Positions 10,224 to 18,676 of a DNA stretch of 49,708 nucleotides are shown here, piece by piece. Source of the DNA: Verrucomicrobiota bacterium (GTDB lineage: Bacteria > Verrucomicrobiota > Verrucomicrobiia > Limisphaerales > UBA8199); assembly GCA_038209025.1 (NCBI GenBank), contig JBBQYD010000001.1:1-49708 (forward strand), in the 5' to 3' direction. Both the position numbers and the translations under genes were made by a program. The notes below the pieces were generated by a model. It saw only the letters and a program-made list of their open reading frames with translations. It made no database searches and had not been told where the DNA came from. Position 1 is the first letter of the stretch, and each line of letters starts with the position of its first letter.

Positions 10224-10440
10224 AAAAACCCAAAGGGTTTTCGCCTACAGAGCCCGGGGTCGCGACGAAGGAGCCACCCTGGGTCACATCGCCAACCCCT
10301 GCAAAAACTACAACGGAGTTACGGCAAGGCTCTGAGACGCAACCCTTGTCGGGGTTGGCAGGGAACTAACCGCTGGTCCCAAGGTAGCTCGTTCCTCGCA
10401 ACCTTGGGCTAGGTTACGAAATCCCCTCAGTATAGGCCCA
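10224..10440. repeat. Cluster of REP-like imperfect repeats and hairpins
   Basis: Hairpins at 10225-10241 (aaaaccc/aaa/gggtttt) and about 10340-10358 (caaccc/ttgtcg/gggttg). Two related units of about 50 bp lie at roughly 10270-10325 and 10388-10440. The second translates as ARSSQPWARLRNPLSIGP, the peptide signature of a repeat family common in PVC genomes. Confidence 0.35.
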
Positions 10441-10760
10441 ATCAAATTCCATGAGAGCAGGAGTCCTGAGGCTAAGGTTTGGGATGTGCCCCCCGCGCGT
10501 GCCCAGCGCCGCGCCGGTGATCGAGAGAAAGTGTCCCTTTTCATACTCCCTGACCTCGACCCGGTGGCGCCAGGTGAGAGGAGCGCACGCGGATGGAACG
10601 CTCCGCTTGATTGCAGATTGGGGATGCCAGATTTCAGATTCATCGGCGGAAGCGGTGTCGAGCGTGGCCACGAGGGCGGCGAGCAAAGGCTGAAGGCTAA
10701 AGGCATAAAGAAGAAGGCAGAACTGTGCTTTGCGCTTTCTGCGCCTGCTTGCGGCCAAAG

Positions 10761-10805
10761 TTCCCGACCGGGTGATGTTTCAAACGCACTCTCATGCTTT
10801 GCGGC
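10761..10805. repeat. 45-bp direct repeat, copy 1 (3' flank of the PIN-partner gene)
   Basis: ttcccgaccgggtgatgtttcaaacgcactctcatgctttgcggc matches 11681-11725 at 41 of 45 positions, exactly 920 bp away. Confidence 0.85.
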
Positions 10806-10866
10806 TCTTTCCCGCGCCCCTCATCCCAGATTTACGCTCGGGTTTCAAGTCAACTCACGGGTCAAT

Positions 10867-11073
10867 TCACGGGTTGAGCGGTTCTTCGCGCAGGGCACAC
10901 GTCGAGGCTGCGGCTTCCGGGGAGACGTTGTCCAACAGCCGATGCCCCGCTTCTGGGTGTTCCTTTTCGCGCCGCCGATAGTAGTCCATCAGTTTCTTCA
11001 CATCGTAGCCGCAGGACCGCGACAGGGCTTCGCGATGGCGGTGGATGTCGGCAATGATTTCGTTTCCATTCAT
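10867..11073 (-). CDS. Small protein encoded immediately downstream of the PIN toxin (putative antitoxin/partner)
   Basis: 68-aa ORF whose ATG lies 3 nt after the PIN gene's TGA. It is paralogous to 11712-11909 (IHRHREALSRSCGYDVKKL...AGHRLL versus IWRIKDTPSASYGHDVDRL...SGHPVV). Confidence 0.6.
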   Translation of the reverse strand: MNGNEIIADIHRHREALSRSCGYDVKKLMDYYRRREKEHPEAGHRLLDNVSPEAAASTCALREEPLNP

Positions 11074-11076
11074 GGC

Positions 11077-11550
11077 TCAAGCTTCCAATAACTCCGACGG
11101 TGAGCAAATCACCGGACAGGCAAAGCCGCAAGCACGACAGGCGGCCTGGATCCGACGTTCCAGTACAGGGTTGTGAATGTGTCTGCAATTCCAGGTGAGC
11201 AGAAAGTCCATGCCATGCACGGCGGCCATGGCCACATGCACGGCGTCCGGTGCGGCCACGGCGGGGATGATCTGCTCGTCGAGTAATCGCGCGACCAAGG
11301 CATCGGCCGCACTGATCGCCCCCAGCCGGGGCAGGCCCTCAAGCACGGCGAGGCGTTTGGTGGCAAAGGTGGGGTCGCCGTCGGAGGCTTCGTCGAGCAC
11401 GGCTTCCGAGATGAATAGTTCGTAGTTCTGCCGGTGCGTCTCCCACCATTCCTCGGTCGTTTCCTGGTCTGCCGCCAGTCGCAGGTCACGGCTGCGCCGG
11501 GCCACCAGGTAGCTGGGAATGGTGGTTTCGAGGTAGAGACGCGGTTTCAT
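11077..11550 (-). CDS. PIN-domain ribonuclease, VapC-family type II toxin
   Basis: 157-aa ORF with an ATG start. MKPRLYLETTIPSYL ... SEAVLDE ... DAVHVAMAAVHGMDFLLTWNCRHI places the acidic PIN residues in the usual order. Confidence 0.85.
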   Translation of the reverse strand: MKPRLYLETTIPSYLVARRSRDLRLAADQETTEEWWETHRQNYELFISEAVLDEASDGDPTFATKRLAVLEGLPRLGAISAADALVARLLDEQIIPAVAAPDAVHVAMAAVHGMDFLLTWNCRHIHNPVLERRIQAACRACGFACPVICSPSELLEA

Positions 11551-11680
11551 GGAGGAGGCGGGCTACAACGAATTCGACACCTCACCAGAAACCCTCACCC
11601 TCAGCTCCTCTCCCATCCGATGGGCGAGGGTAGTTTTCAACTCTCCCCGTTCGAGGCGGAGAGGGGAAAGGGCGCGGAGC

Positions 11681-11725
11681 TTCCCGGCCGGATGATGTTT
11701 CAAACGCGCTCTCATGCTTTGGGGC
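11681..11725. repeat. 45-bp direct repeat, copy 2
   Basis: ttcccggccggatgatgtttcaaacgcgctctcatgctttggggc. It covers the last four codons plus stop of 11712-11909 and 31 nt of its 3' flank. Confidence 0.85.
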
Positions 11726-11909
11726 GCTTGGTCTGGAGGTTCACGACCGGATGGCCGGATCGTGTCTGGCGTTCGCGTGCTTCGGGGAAGAGGCGGTCAA
11801 CATCATGGCCGTACGAGGCCGAAGGCGTGTCTTTGATGCGCCAGATTTCCCGGAGCACCAAGTCGGTGCTCTGGTTCGGTTTCAGTTCTTTCTTCACCAC
11901 GCTAATCAT
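11712..11909 (-). CDS. Paralogue of the PIN-partner small protein (orphan copy)
   Basis: 65-aa ORF. Its ATG overlaps the TAG of the truncated PIN remnant (ATGATTAG). It is homologous to 10867-11073. Confidence 0.55.
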   Translation of the reverse strand: MISVVKKELKPNQSTDLVLREIWRIKDTPSASYGHDVDRLFPEARERQTRSGHPVVNLQTKRPKA

Positions 11910-12100
11910 ACAGTTCTCCCGTCAGTTCGTCCGGCGTGCAAAGCAGGGGCAACGCAAAGCTGGATTCCCCTGCCAAACGCCGCAGCCGCGCCTGAATGGC
12001 AGGGTGCTGCCGGTTTCTGGGTTGAGCGCCACGTACCCCCCCTTGAGGGTCGGGGGTCAGAATCGCGGTCGAAGTCATGCGCATAGCATAACCGGGGGAG
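11902..12100 (-). pseudogene. 5'-truncated PIN/VapC toxin remnant (about the last 65 codons only)
   Basis: HPAIQARLRRLAGESSFALPLLCTPDEL aligns with NPVLERRIQAACRACGFACPVICSPSEL of the intact toxin. The frame is closed by a TGA near 12100, and the N-terminal two thirds, including the first acidic residues, are missing. Confidence 0.6.
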
Positions 12101-12439
12101 GCGGGCTGTCAACAGGCGCACATTCGGGCTCCTCCTGGGGTTGGGCTTAGGGTTGCTCATTCAGCAGCTTCAGAACTCCTGATCCCGCGCCGTGGCGGCG
12201 GATCTTCGGGCTGCAACTTCCGCCAATGCTCCAGAAATGCCATCGCGCTCTTGCTGCTGGCCGTTTGCGTGGCCCAAGCTTACCTCACGATAGTATTCAC
12301 TGATCCAGTATGAACCGGCGTTGCCAAGAAACACGCCGCCGCTTTCCCGGACAACTTGGTGCGCTGGGCACTTTGACCCTCCTGGATCGGGGTGCTTGTG
12401 CGGCTGAGTCACTGCCCAAGGGTCATCGGTCCATCCCAC

Positions 12440-12926
12440 TACACCGGGTTTGAGAGTACGGATGTCTATGGGGATAAGGCGTCGTGGGTCTTTTCAACCG
12501 CGACCTGCATCGACTTTCTTTTGCGCCTTTATCGGCACAAACGCGATCCGCGATTTCTCGACCGGCGTTTACAGGCTGCGCCATGGACTTTCCAGGCCAG
12601 CCAGTTTGAGGATGGAGCGGTCGGGATGTGTGGCCGTGATGACAAGTGGCTTGGCTTCACCGGTGATGCGGTGACCCAGGTTGCCCTGCTGCGCCCGCAT
12701 GTTGCCACCACCGCCAAAGTGTGGCCCAATCTTTTCCGCCAAGCCGAACGCGCGCACGGTTACCTCTCCGGGAAACTGGCCACCGCAAATCTTGAAACGC
12801 ATGGCGACGGAGTGGGTTCATCGGAAATCCTCGACCGATCCGCTGGTCAATGTGGCCATGCTCTGGGCCAGCGCTTTGCTGGGCTGGCTGAACGGGCGCG
12901 ATCTGTCTCCCAGCAAGCGGAACTGA
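12440..12926 (+). pseudogene. Frameshifted, start-less gene fragment (possibly alpha/alpha-toroid protein)
   Basis: Protein-like text ...CIDFLLRLYRHKRDPRFLD...GMCGRDDKWLGFTGDAVTQVALL... runs in one frame. It continues after about 12770-12790 in another frame (...TDPLVNVAMLWASALLGWLNGRDLSPSKRN*). There is no plausible start. Confidence 0.35.
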
Positions 12927-13088
12927 GCAAGTGTCGGTCCTGGAATTATGACAATGTTCGTGCTCAGGCATCTTCCACCACTCTTGCCAATTGCCGGCCA
13001 CGTTGCGCACGGTGTTTGCCAGGCTTCCGGCCCACCCGCGAGACAGCTTGTGTGACTCCACTGGTAATGCCGCAACTGGTTGCGCGAT

Positions 13089-15914
13089 TTAGTTCGACGC
13101 CGGGGCCGGTGTCCGGTGCACAACCGGCGCCGCGAAGCGGTAATCCCCCGCGGCAAGGACGAGAATGGTCTTGCCGCCTTTGGCGGCCAGGGTTTGAACT
13201 CCGGTGGCGCGGTGGAGTGGTTTCCCGCCTTCAGTGATCGCGGCCTTGTCCTCCGTGGGCAGGATTACCGTGGCCGATATGCCCACGGGAATGCGCACAT
13301 GCAGATGAAACCGGCCAGGTTCCATGCGCCATTCACTCACGATCCTTCCGCGCACTGAGTCGTAGCTCGCTTTGGTCCACTTCAAGTCACCGACCGTTTG
13401 TGGGGCAATGATGACTTTATCAAACCCGATGGCATCCGGGGCGGGCCTGATGCCCGCCAGAGCTTTGAAAAACCATTCGCTCACCGAGCCGAACATGGGA
13501 TGGTTGTGCGAATACGTATTGTCGCTGAACTCCCAATGCTCCCACAAGGTGGTCGCCCCGTTTTCCAGCATGTGTCCCCAGCCTGGAAAGGTCCGTTGGT
13601 TCACGATGGTGTAGGCCACCTCGGCCTGGTTCAAATCGGTGAGTCCGTGCAGCAGGTATTTCGTGCCGAAGATTCCGGTGCTCAGGTGCCCCTCATGGGT
13701 TTCCATGATATCCCGGACGAGAACCGCGAGCGCGCGGTCCGACTCTTCCGGGGGAACCAGGCCCAGGTAGAGGGCGAAAGCCTGGCACGCCTGGGTGGCC
13801 GCATCATACCGTCCGGTGCCTGGCTGGAGGAATTTCCTGTTAAAGGCCGCTTTGATGGTCTCGGCCAATGCGCGGGCCTCGGTGGCAGGCTCGGTTTTCC
13901 CGAGCGCTTGCGCGAGGAGCGCGAGGAGCTTCACGTTGTAGTAGTAGATGGCGGTTCCGGTCAGCGCCCGCGGCTTGGGAGCCAGGCCTTCGTGATCGCT
14001 GATGCCGTTGTCCAAGAGGTTATCAACGGCTTTGGATCGCAATAGCGCCACCCAGCGTTTCGCGGGTTCGTATTGCTCCTCCAGCAGGCGGCGGTCCCCG
14101 TAATATTGATACAGTTGCCAGGCCAGCAGCGGCTGAGCCAGGCCGTAATCCACAGGGCCGGACCTGCCGCCCAGGTCCACCGCAGGCAAGGTGTCTCCGA
14201 GGCTTTGATCACTGATGCCGACATAAGGCGCCGTCTCGGTCAGGCCACCGTTTGAACGCGCGGCATCCACGAGGTCTTGCGCGGCCTTGGCGTAAAACCG
14301 AGCCATGTCGAAGTTGAGCATCCCCATCTCGCTGGAGACGGCGATATCGCCGCCATAAGCGAACTTTTCGCGGTGCGGGCAGTCGGATTGCACACTATAC
14401 AGGTTGGCCAGCAGCGTTTGTCGCACGATCGCCTGAATGCGGTTGAACATTTCGTTGGAACACTGGAACGAGCCGGCCGACTCGACATCGGAGTTCAGTC
14501 CCAAACCCTCCAGGCTGTCCAGATTCGGTTTGCCGGGAAAGCCGGTGACCTCGATATAACGAAAGCCGTGGAAGGTGAAGCGCGGAGTGAAGACTTCCAA
14601 CCCCCGGCCGTTCAGCACATATTCGTCCAGTTGGAAGGCCGTCCGCGGTTTGCCGAGGCCATCGTAACGGTAGTCCGATCCGCCGTCTTTCACCTGGCCG
14701 CAAACGGCCGTCATGCCGTTGAGCGTGCCATTTTTGTAAAGGAGTTCTCCCGCGCGAAGCCGCACCCGTGTGCCAGCCCCGCCCTGAACGCGGAGCCGGG
14801 CCCAGCCCGAAAAGTTCTGGCCGAAATCGAAGAGGAACACGCCGGGGTTTGGCTCGGTGAGTTTCACCGGTTTAAGCGTGCGGGTGATGCGGATGGGCGG
14901 CGCGTCCTGGGCGCGCAAAACGCCGAGGTCCTGCCCCTGCGCAAGCACCGCCCCCGGCCACCGCGAGTCGTCGAAGCCCGCCTTGTCCCAACCGGGCTGC
15001 TCACGGCGCGCGTCATACACTTCGCCAAGATAAACGCTGTTGCGCAGAATCGGGCCGTCGCCCGCCCGCCAGGAATCGTCGGTCCCGATGGTCTGCGTGC
15101 TGCCGTCCTTGAATTGGATCACGAACTGCGCGAGGGCGCGAGGCTGCCCGGTGGTCAGCGCCTGGCCCGGCTTGAGTTGGCCCCACATGGCCAGTGGCAG
15201 CGGGTTGAACCAGCCGTTGCCCAGCATCATGCCGATGGCGTTTCGGCCTTGCTTCAGTTGCGGCGTCACATCGTAAGTCGAGTAAAGCACACGCTTCGAG
15301 TAACTCGTCCAACCGGGGTCCAAAACGTGGTCGCCCACGCGTTCGCCGTTGAGGCGCAGTTCGTAATAACCCAGGCCGGTGACGTAAGCGCGGGCGCGGG
15401 CAACCGGCTTATCCAGGGTGAACTCCTTGCGCAGCAGCGGGGCGGGATGATCATCGAAGGCCGCCGCCTCCGAGACGGGCCCGGCGGAAGGACTCGTGAT
15501 CCACCGCGCCTGCCAGTCTGGCGGGCTCAGCAGCGCCATTTCCCACCAGGCGGGCGGGCTGTAGGCCGAGGGCTTGCCGTCGCGATCCCACACCCGCACC
15601 TTCCAGTAAACCCGCTGGCCAGGCTGGAGGGTTTTGCCGGCGTAAACCACATGGACTGAACGGTCTGAAACCACCTTGCCGCTGTCCCACAGGTCTCCCT
15701 GGTTTCGCGACAATTTGGCGGGGGCGCTCGCGGCGAGGACCTGATAGGCGGTTTGACGCTGGCCGCGCACTTGGGATTCCAGCAGCCAGCTCAGGCGCGG
15801 CTCCGGGGTGTCGATGCCGAGCGGGTTGGTGCGGTACTCACATTTCAAGGCGGGCGCTTTGAGGCTCGCGCCGGGGCACGCGCACATCGCCAGCCAAAAA
15901 CAGACGTTGAACAT
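13089..15914 (-). CDS. Alpha-L-rhamnosidase, glycoside hydrolase family 78
   Basis: LKCEYRTNPLGIDTPEPRLSWLLES...RGQRQTAYQVLAAS is the canonical GH78 N-terminus, and the length and later blocks also fit. The start is set at the ATG at 15914, which gives a signal peptide (MFNVCFWLAMCACPGASLKA). The track's 16097 start adds an implausible extension. Confidence 0.9.
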   Translation of the reverse strand: MFNVCFWLAMCACPGASLKAPALKCEYRTNPLGIDTPEPRLSWLLESQVRGQRQTAYQVLAASAPAKLSRNQGDLWDSGKVVSDRSVHVVYAGKTLQPGQRVYWKVRVWDRDGKPSAYSPPAWWEMALLSPPDWQARWITSPSAGPVSEAAAFDDHPAPLLRKEFTLDKPVARARAYVTGLGYYELRLNGERVGDHVLDPGWTSYSKRVLYSTYDVTPQLKQGRNAIGMMLGNGWFNPLPLAMWGQLKPGQALTTGQPRALAQFVIQFKDGSTQTIGTDDSWRAGDGPILRNSVYLGEVYDARREQPGWDKAGFDDSRWPGAVLAQGQDLGVLRAQDAPPIRITRTLKPVKLTEPNPGVFLFDFGQNFSGWARLRVQGGAGTRVRLRAGELLYKNGTLNGMTAVCGQVKDGGSDYRYDGLGKPRTAFQLDEYVLNGRGLEVFTPRFTFHGFRYIEVTGFPGKPNLDSLEGLGLNSDVESAGSFQCSNEMFNRIQAIVRQTLLANLYSVQSDCPHREKFAYGGDIAVSSEMGMLNFDMARFYAKAAQDLVDAARSNGGLTETAPYVGISDQSLGDTLPAVDLGGRSGPVDYGLAQPLLAWQLYQYYGDRRLLEEQYEPAKRWVALLRSKAVDNLLDNGISDHEGLAPKPRALTGTAIYYYNVKLLALLAQALGKTEPATEARALAETIKAAFNRKFLQPGTGRYDAATQACQAFALYLGLVPPEESDRALAVLVRDIMETHEGHLSTGIFGTKYLLHGLTDLNQAEVAYTIVNQRTFPGWGHMLENGATTLWEHWEFSDNTYSHNHPMFGSVSEWFFKALAGIRPAPDAIGFDKVIIAPQTVGDLKWTKASYDSVRGRIVSEWRMEPGRFHLHVRIPVGISATVILPTEDKAAITEGGKPLHRATGVQTLAAKGGKTILVLAAGDYRFAAPVVHRTPAPASN

Positions 15915-16218
15915 CAGCGCAAAGGCTCGCCCCCGCCACCATGAAGGCCGGGAGCTTTTGGCAAAACACGAACCACCGGCTCGGCTGCGGCACGCCGCTG
16001 CGGTGGCCGGGTGTCGGAATGTATCGAGGCGCATTTGGATCAATACCCTAACGGCCAAATCGGGAGCGGCAAATAAATAACGCGGAGTCGAATCCAAATC
16101 CCCGCCGCGGACATTTCCATTGAATCAACCGGGGGAACCTTCCGCGGGGTCCGGACACCGCACATTTTGCACGCTTGTGAATTCCGGTGGACCTCCCGTA
16201 ACCTGTCCCGGTCACGAT

Positions 16219-17493
16219 ATGAACCGCCGCCATTTTCTCCGGGCCGCCTCAGTCGCGGCCCTGGCGCTGCCGCTGCCACGGCTGGTGGCCGCGGACCAGC
16301 GTCCACCCCGCCTCCTCCTGCGCTCCTCGTGGCAGGTGGTGAACATTGGCGATATAGCCCATTCGCCGGGCGTGATGGCCCTGCTGGAAAAGCATATTCC
16401 TGAAGCCGAGGTGAGGCTCTGGGCCTCAGCGGACCTTTCCCCGGAGGTTATCGCGATGCTGCACCGCCGATTTCCCCGGTTGCGCATTGTTAAAGGCAGC
16501 CTGGGGGCCGATGGCAAGGCTTCAAATCCGGAGCTTGCGGAAACCGTCGAGTGGTGCGACTTCCTGCTGCACGGTTCCGGGCCGTCGCTGGTGGCTGCCA
16601 AGGATGTGGCGGCGTTTGAACGATGCACGGGCAAGCCGTTCGGAGTCTATGGAATCACTTACGGCGGATATGGCGCCGCCGAGAAACAGTTGATGAGCCG
16701 GGCCAGGTTTCTTTTCTTCCGCGATTCGGTTTCGCTGGCGAAGGCCAGGAGCGACGGAGTGACGTGCGCGGTGATGGAGTTCGGGCCGGACGGCGCGTTT
16801 GCGGCGGACCTGCGCGACGAGGATGCCGCGCGGACCTTCCTGGCCGCGCAGGGTTTGGAGAAAGGGAAGTTCCTCTGCTGCATTCCCCGGCTGCGCCACA
16901 CCCCTTATTGGAAGATTCGCAACCAACCCATGGGCGTTGAAGGCGACCGCAAGCACGCGCGCAACGAGGCCATGAAAGAGCACGATCACGCCCCCTTGCG
17001 GGAGACGATCAGCGCCGTCGTTCGCGAAGCCGGTTTCAAGGTGCTCGTGTGCCCCGAGGACAAAAGCCAGATGGCGGTCGGGAAGGAGATGCTCGTTGAT
17101 CCGCTGCCGGACGACGTCAAACGGCGCGTGGTGTGGCGGGAACGATTCTGGCTGCCCGATGAGGCGCTCAGCGTTTACACCCGTTCCGCCGGGTTGTTCG
17201 GCAACGAGATGCACTCCCCCATCATGTGCCTCGGGAACGGCGTGCCGGCCATCGTCTGCCGTTTCGCCGAGCAAACCAGCAAGGGCTTTATGTGGAAGGA
17301 TATTGGCCTGAGCGACTGGTTGTTCGACTTGGACGAGGAAAAAGACCTTCCCCGCATTAAGCCCACGGTGCTCAGTCTCGTGAAAGACCCGGAGGCGGCC
17401 CGCCGGAAGGTGGCCGACGCCCGGGAGTTTGTTCGCCAGCGTCAGCGTGAGACCATGGCCTGCGTGGCGAAGGAGTGCCAGCGGGCGGTGTAA
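16219..17493 (+). CDS. Polysaccharide pyruvyl transferase family protein with a twin-arginine signal
   Basis: The ATG at 16219 gives MNRRHFLRAASVAALALPLPRLVAAD (Tat motif RRxFLR). WQVVNIGDIAHSPGVMALLEKHIPEAEVRLWAS resembles the N-terminal block of PS_pyruv_trans family proteins. Confidence 0.7.
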   Translation: MNRRHFLRAASVAALALPLPRLVAADQRPPRLLLRSSWQVVNIGDIAHSPGVMALLEKHIPEAEVRLWASADLSPEVIAMLHRRFPRLRIVKGSLGADGKASNPELAETVEWCDFLLHGSGPSLVAAKDVAAFERCTGKPFGVYGITYGGYGAAEKQLMSRARFLFFRDSVSLAKARSDGVTCAVMEFGPDGAFAADLRDEDAARTFLAAQGLEKGKFLCCIPRLRHTPYWKIRNQPMGVEGDRKHARNEAMKEHDHAPLRETISAVVREAGFKVLVCPEDKSQMAVGKEMLVDPLPDDVKRRVVWRERFWLPDEALSVYTRSAGLFGNEMHSPIMCLGNGVPAIVCRFAEQTSKGFMWKDIGLSDWLFDLDEEKDLPRIKPTVLSLVKDPEAARRKVADAREFVRQRQRETMACVAKECQRAV

Positions 17494-17556
17494 GCCGCGC
17501 GAAATTCAGCGCTGCCGCCAGCCAGGCCACCAGCCCCGTGCCGTCCCTTTCCCGCC

Positions 17557-18360
17557 CTACGGCTTCTTGATGCTGGTCCTCGCCTTCAGCCAGTCGAAGT
17601 CTGCCAGCGGGGACGCGGAGAATCTGTCGAACCTCGTCCGCCGCACCGGGCGGATGGTGCTGGGGATCTGCCAGCGATGGTGCTCCACATGGCCATCCAC
17701 AAAGGAGAGGTTGGCCGCGCCATCATGATAGGACCCCGGCAGATTGCCCCAGAGATTCTCCTCCAGCGAGTTCACAAAAAAGCCGTCATTGAGGCTGTCC
17801 GCGTTCTCATCCAGGAAAACGAGAATGCCGGAGGGAATTGGGACCTGGGCCTTCTTGAAAAACTGCGTGTAAAGCGGGTTGAACCGATTGGTCAGCTCAC
17901 CCGGATTGCCCACCATCGCGTTCATTGACATGCTGCGAATGTGCGGACCATTGGGGGCGGGCTCCCGGTCTGCCGGGCATTTGTAAATCTGCGCGGAGCG
18001 GTTCGCGTAGGGTCCCAGCTTGGAATCGGTCAGATAGACCAGGTTGGTATTATCATCACTGGCTTCCCAGTCCTGAACATTGTTGGCCCAGGTCTGGCGG
18101 CGGGCCAGGCTTTCCGGCACACCGTGATTGTTGACGAGCAAATCGCTATTGTCGTCGGCATACAACAGCCAGGCCAGCTTGAGTTGCTTCAAATTGTTGA
18201 CGCAGACCGCCGACTGCGCCTTGGCCTTGGAGTTCCCCAGGACCGGCAACAGCAGAGCTGCCAGTATCGCAATGACGGCCAGTACCACCAGCAACTCGAC
18301 CAGGGTGAACGCGCACCGGCCGGACGGGGTTCCCGGGTGCCGGCTTGAATTGGTGGCCAT
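17557..18360 (-). CDS. Prepilin-type N-terminal cleavage/methylation domain protein, H-X9-DG class
   Basis: The ATG at 18360 gives MATNSS...CAFTLVELLVVLAVIAILAALLLPVL. The C-terminal HDGAANLSFVDG fits H-X9-DG. Confidence 0.85.
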   Translation of the reverse strand: MATNSSRHPGTPSGRCAFTLVELLVVLAVIAILAALLLPVLGNSKAKAQSAVCVNNLKQLKLAWLLYADDNSDLLVNNHGVPESLARRQTWANNVQDWEASDDNTNLVYLTDSKLGPYANRSAQIYKCPADREPAPNGPHIRSMSMNAMVGNPGELTNRFNPLYTQFFKKAQVPIPSGILVFLDENADSLNDGFFVNSLEENLWGNLPGSYHDGAANLSFVDGHVEHHRWQIPSTIRPVRRTRFDRFSASPLADFDWLKARTSIKKP

Positions 18361-18676
18361 GGGGTTGGTTCGCGACGGTGGAGCTTGAGGGCGCTTACCG
18401 AGGAACCGGCACAAGCAGCCAGTTTTCTGGGGCTGGGGACCTGCCCTCATGAGACTTTAAACAGTTGATCGGAACACTTCGAATTGCCACGCAGCAGAGA
18501 CTGCCCGTTTGCCGGCCGAAAACAATCAACAAAGAGGAAAAACCTGGGCGCCGGAATCAGCGGCCGCCTCAGTGCCGGATGCCCGGGGCGTTACCGGGCA
18601 GGACTCGCCCGCCGGTTTGCGGCGCCCGATTGACGGTCCAACCTCCCATCGGTCAAAGGCGCGGGCGGCGAACCGG

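Noticed and set aside
12170-12439. 89-aa minus-strand ORF (…GVFLGNAGSYWISEYYREVSLGHANGQQQERDG…).
   Set aside because: Its composition is moderately protein-like, but it has no recognisable family. It overlaps the plus-strand pseudogene frame and sits amid decayed genes, so the evidence is not enough to call a CDS.
15915-16097. N-terminal extensions in the ORF track for several genes (GH78 to 16097, pyruvyl transferase from 16120, pseudopilins to 18450 and 33422, cytochrome to 22314, methyltransferase to 28513, AraC2 to 43385, PATR2 to 46522, glycosidase-like gene to 9915).
   Set aside because: In each case an internal ATG gives a proper signal peptide, prepilin leader or family-typical N-terminus. 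The extensions are Arg-rich or overlap neighbouring features.
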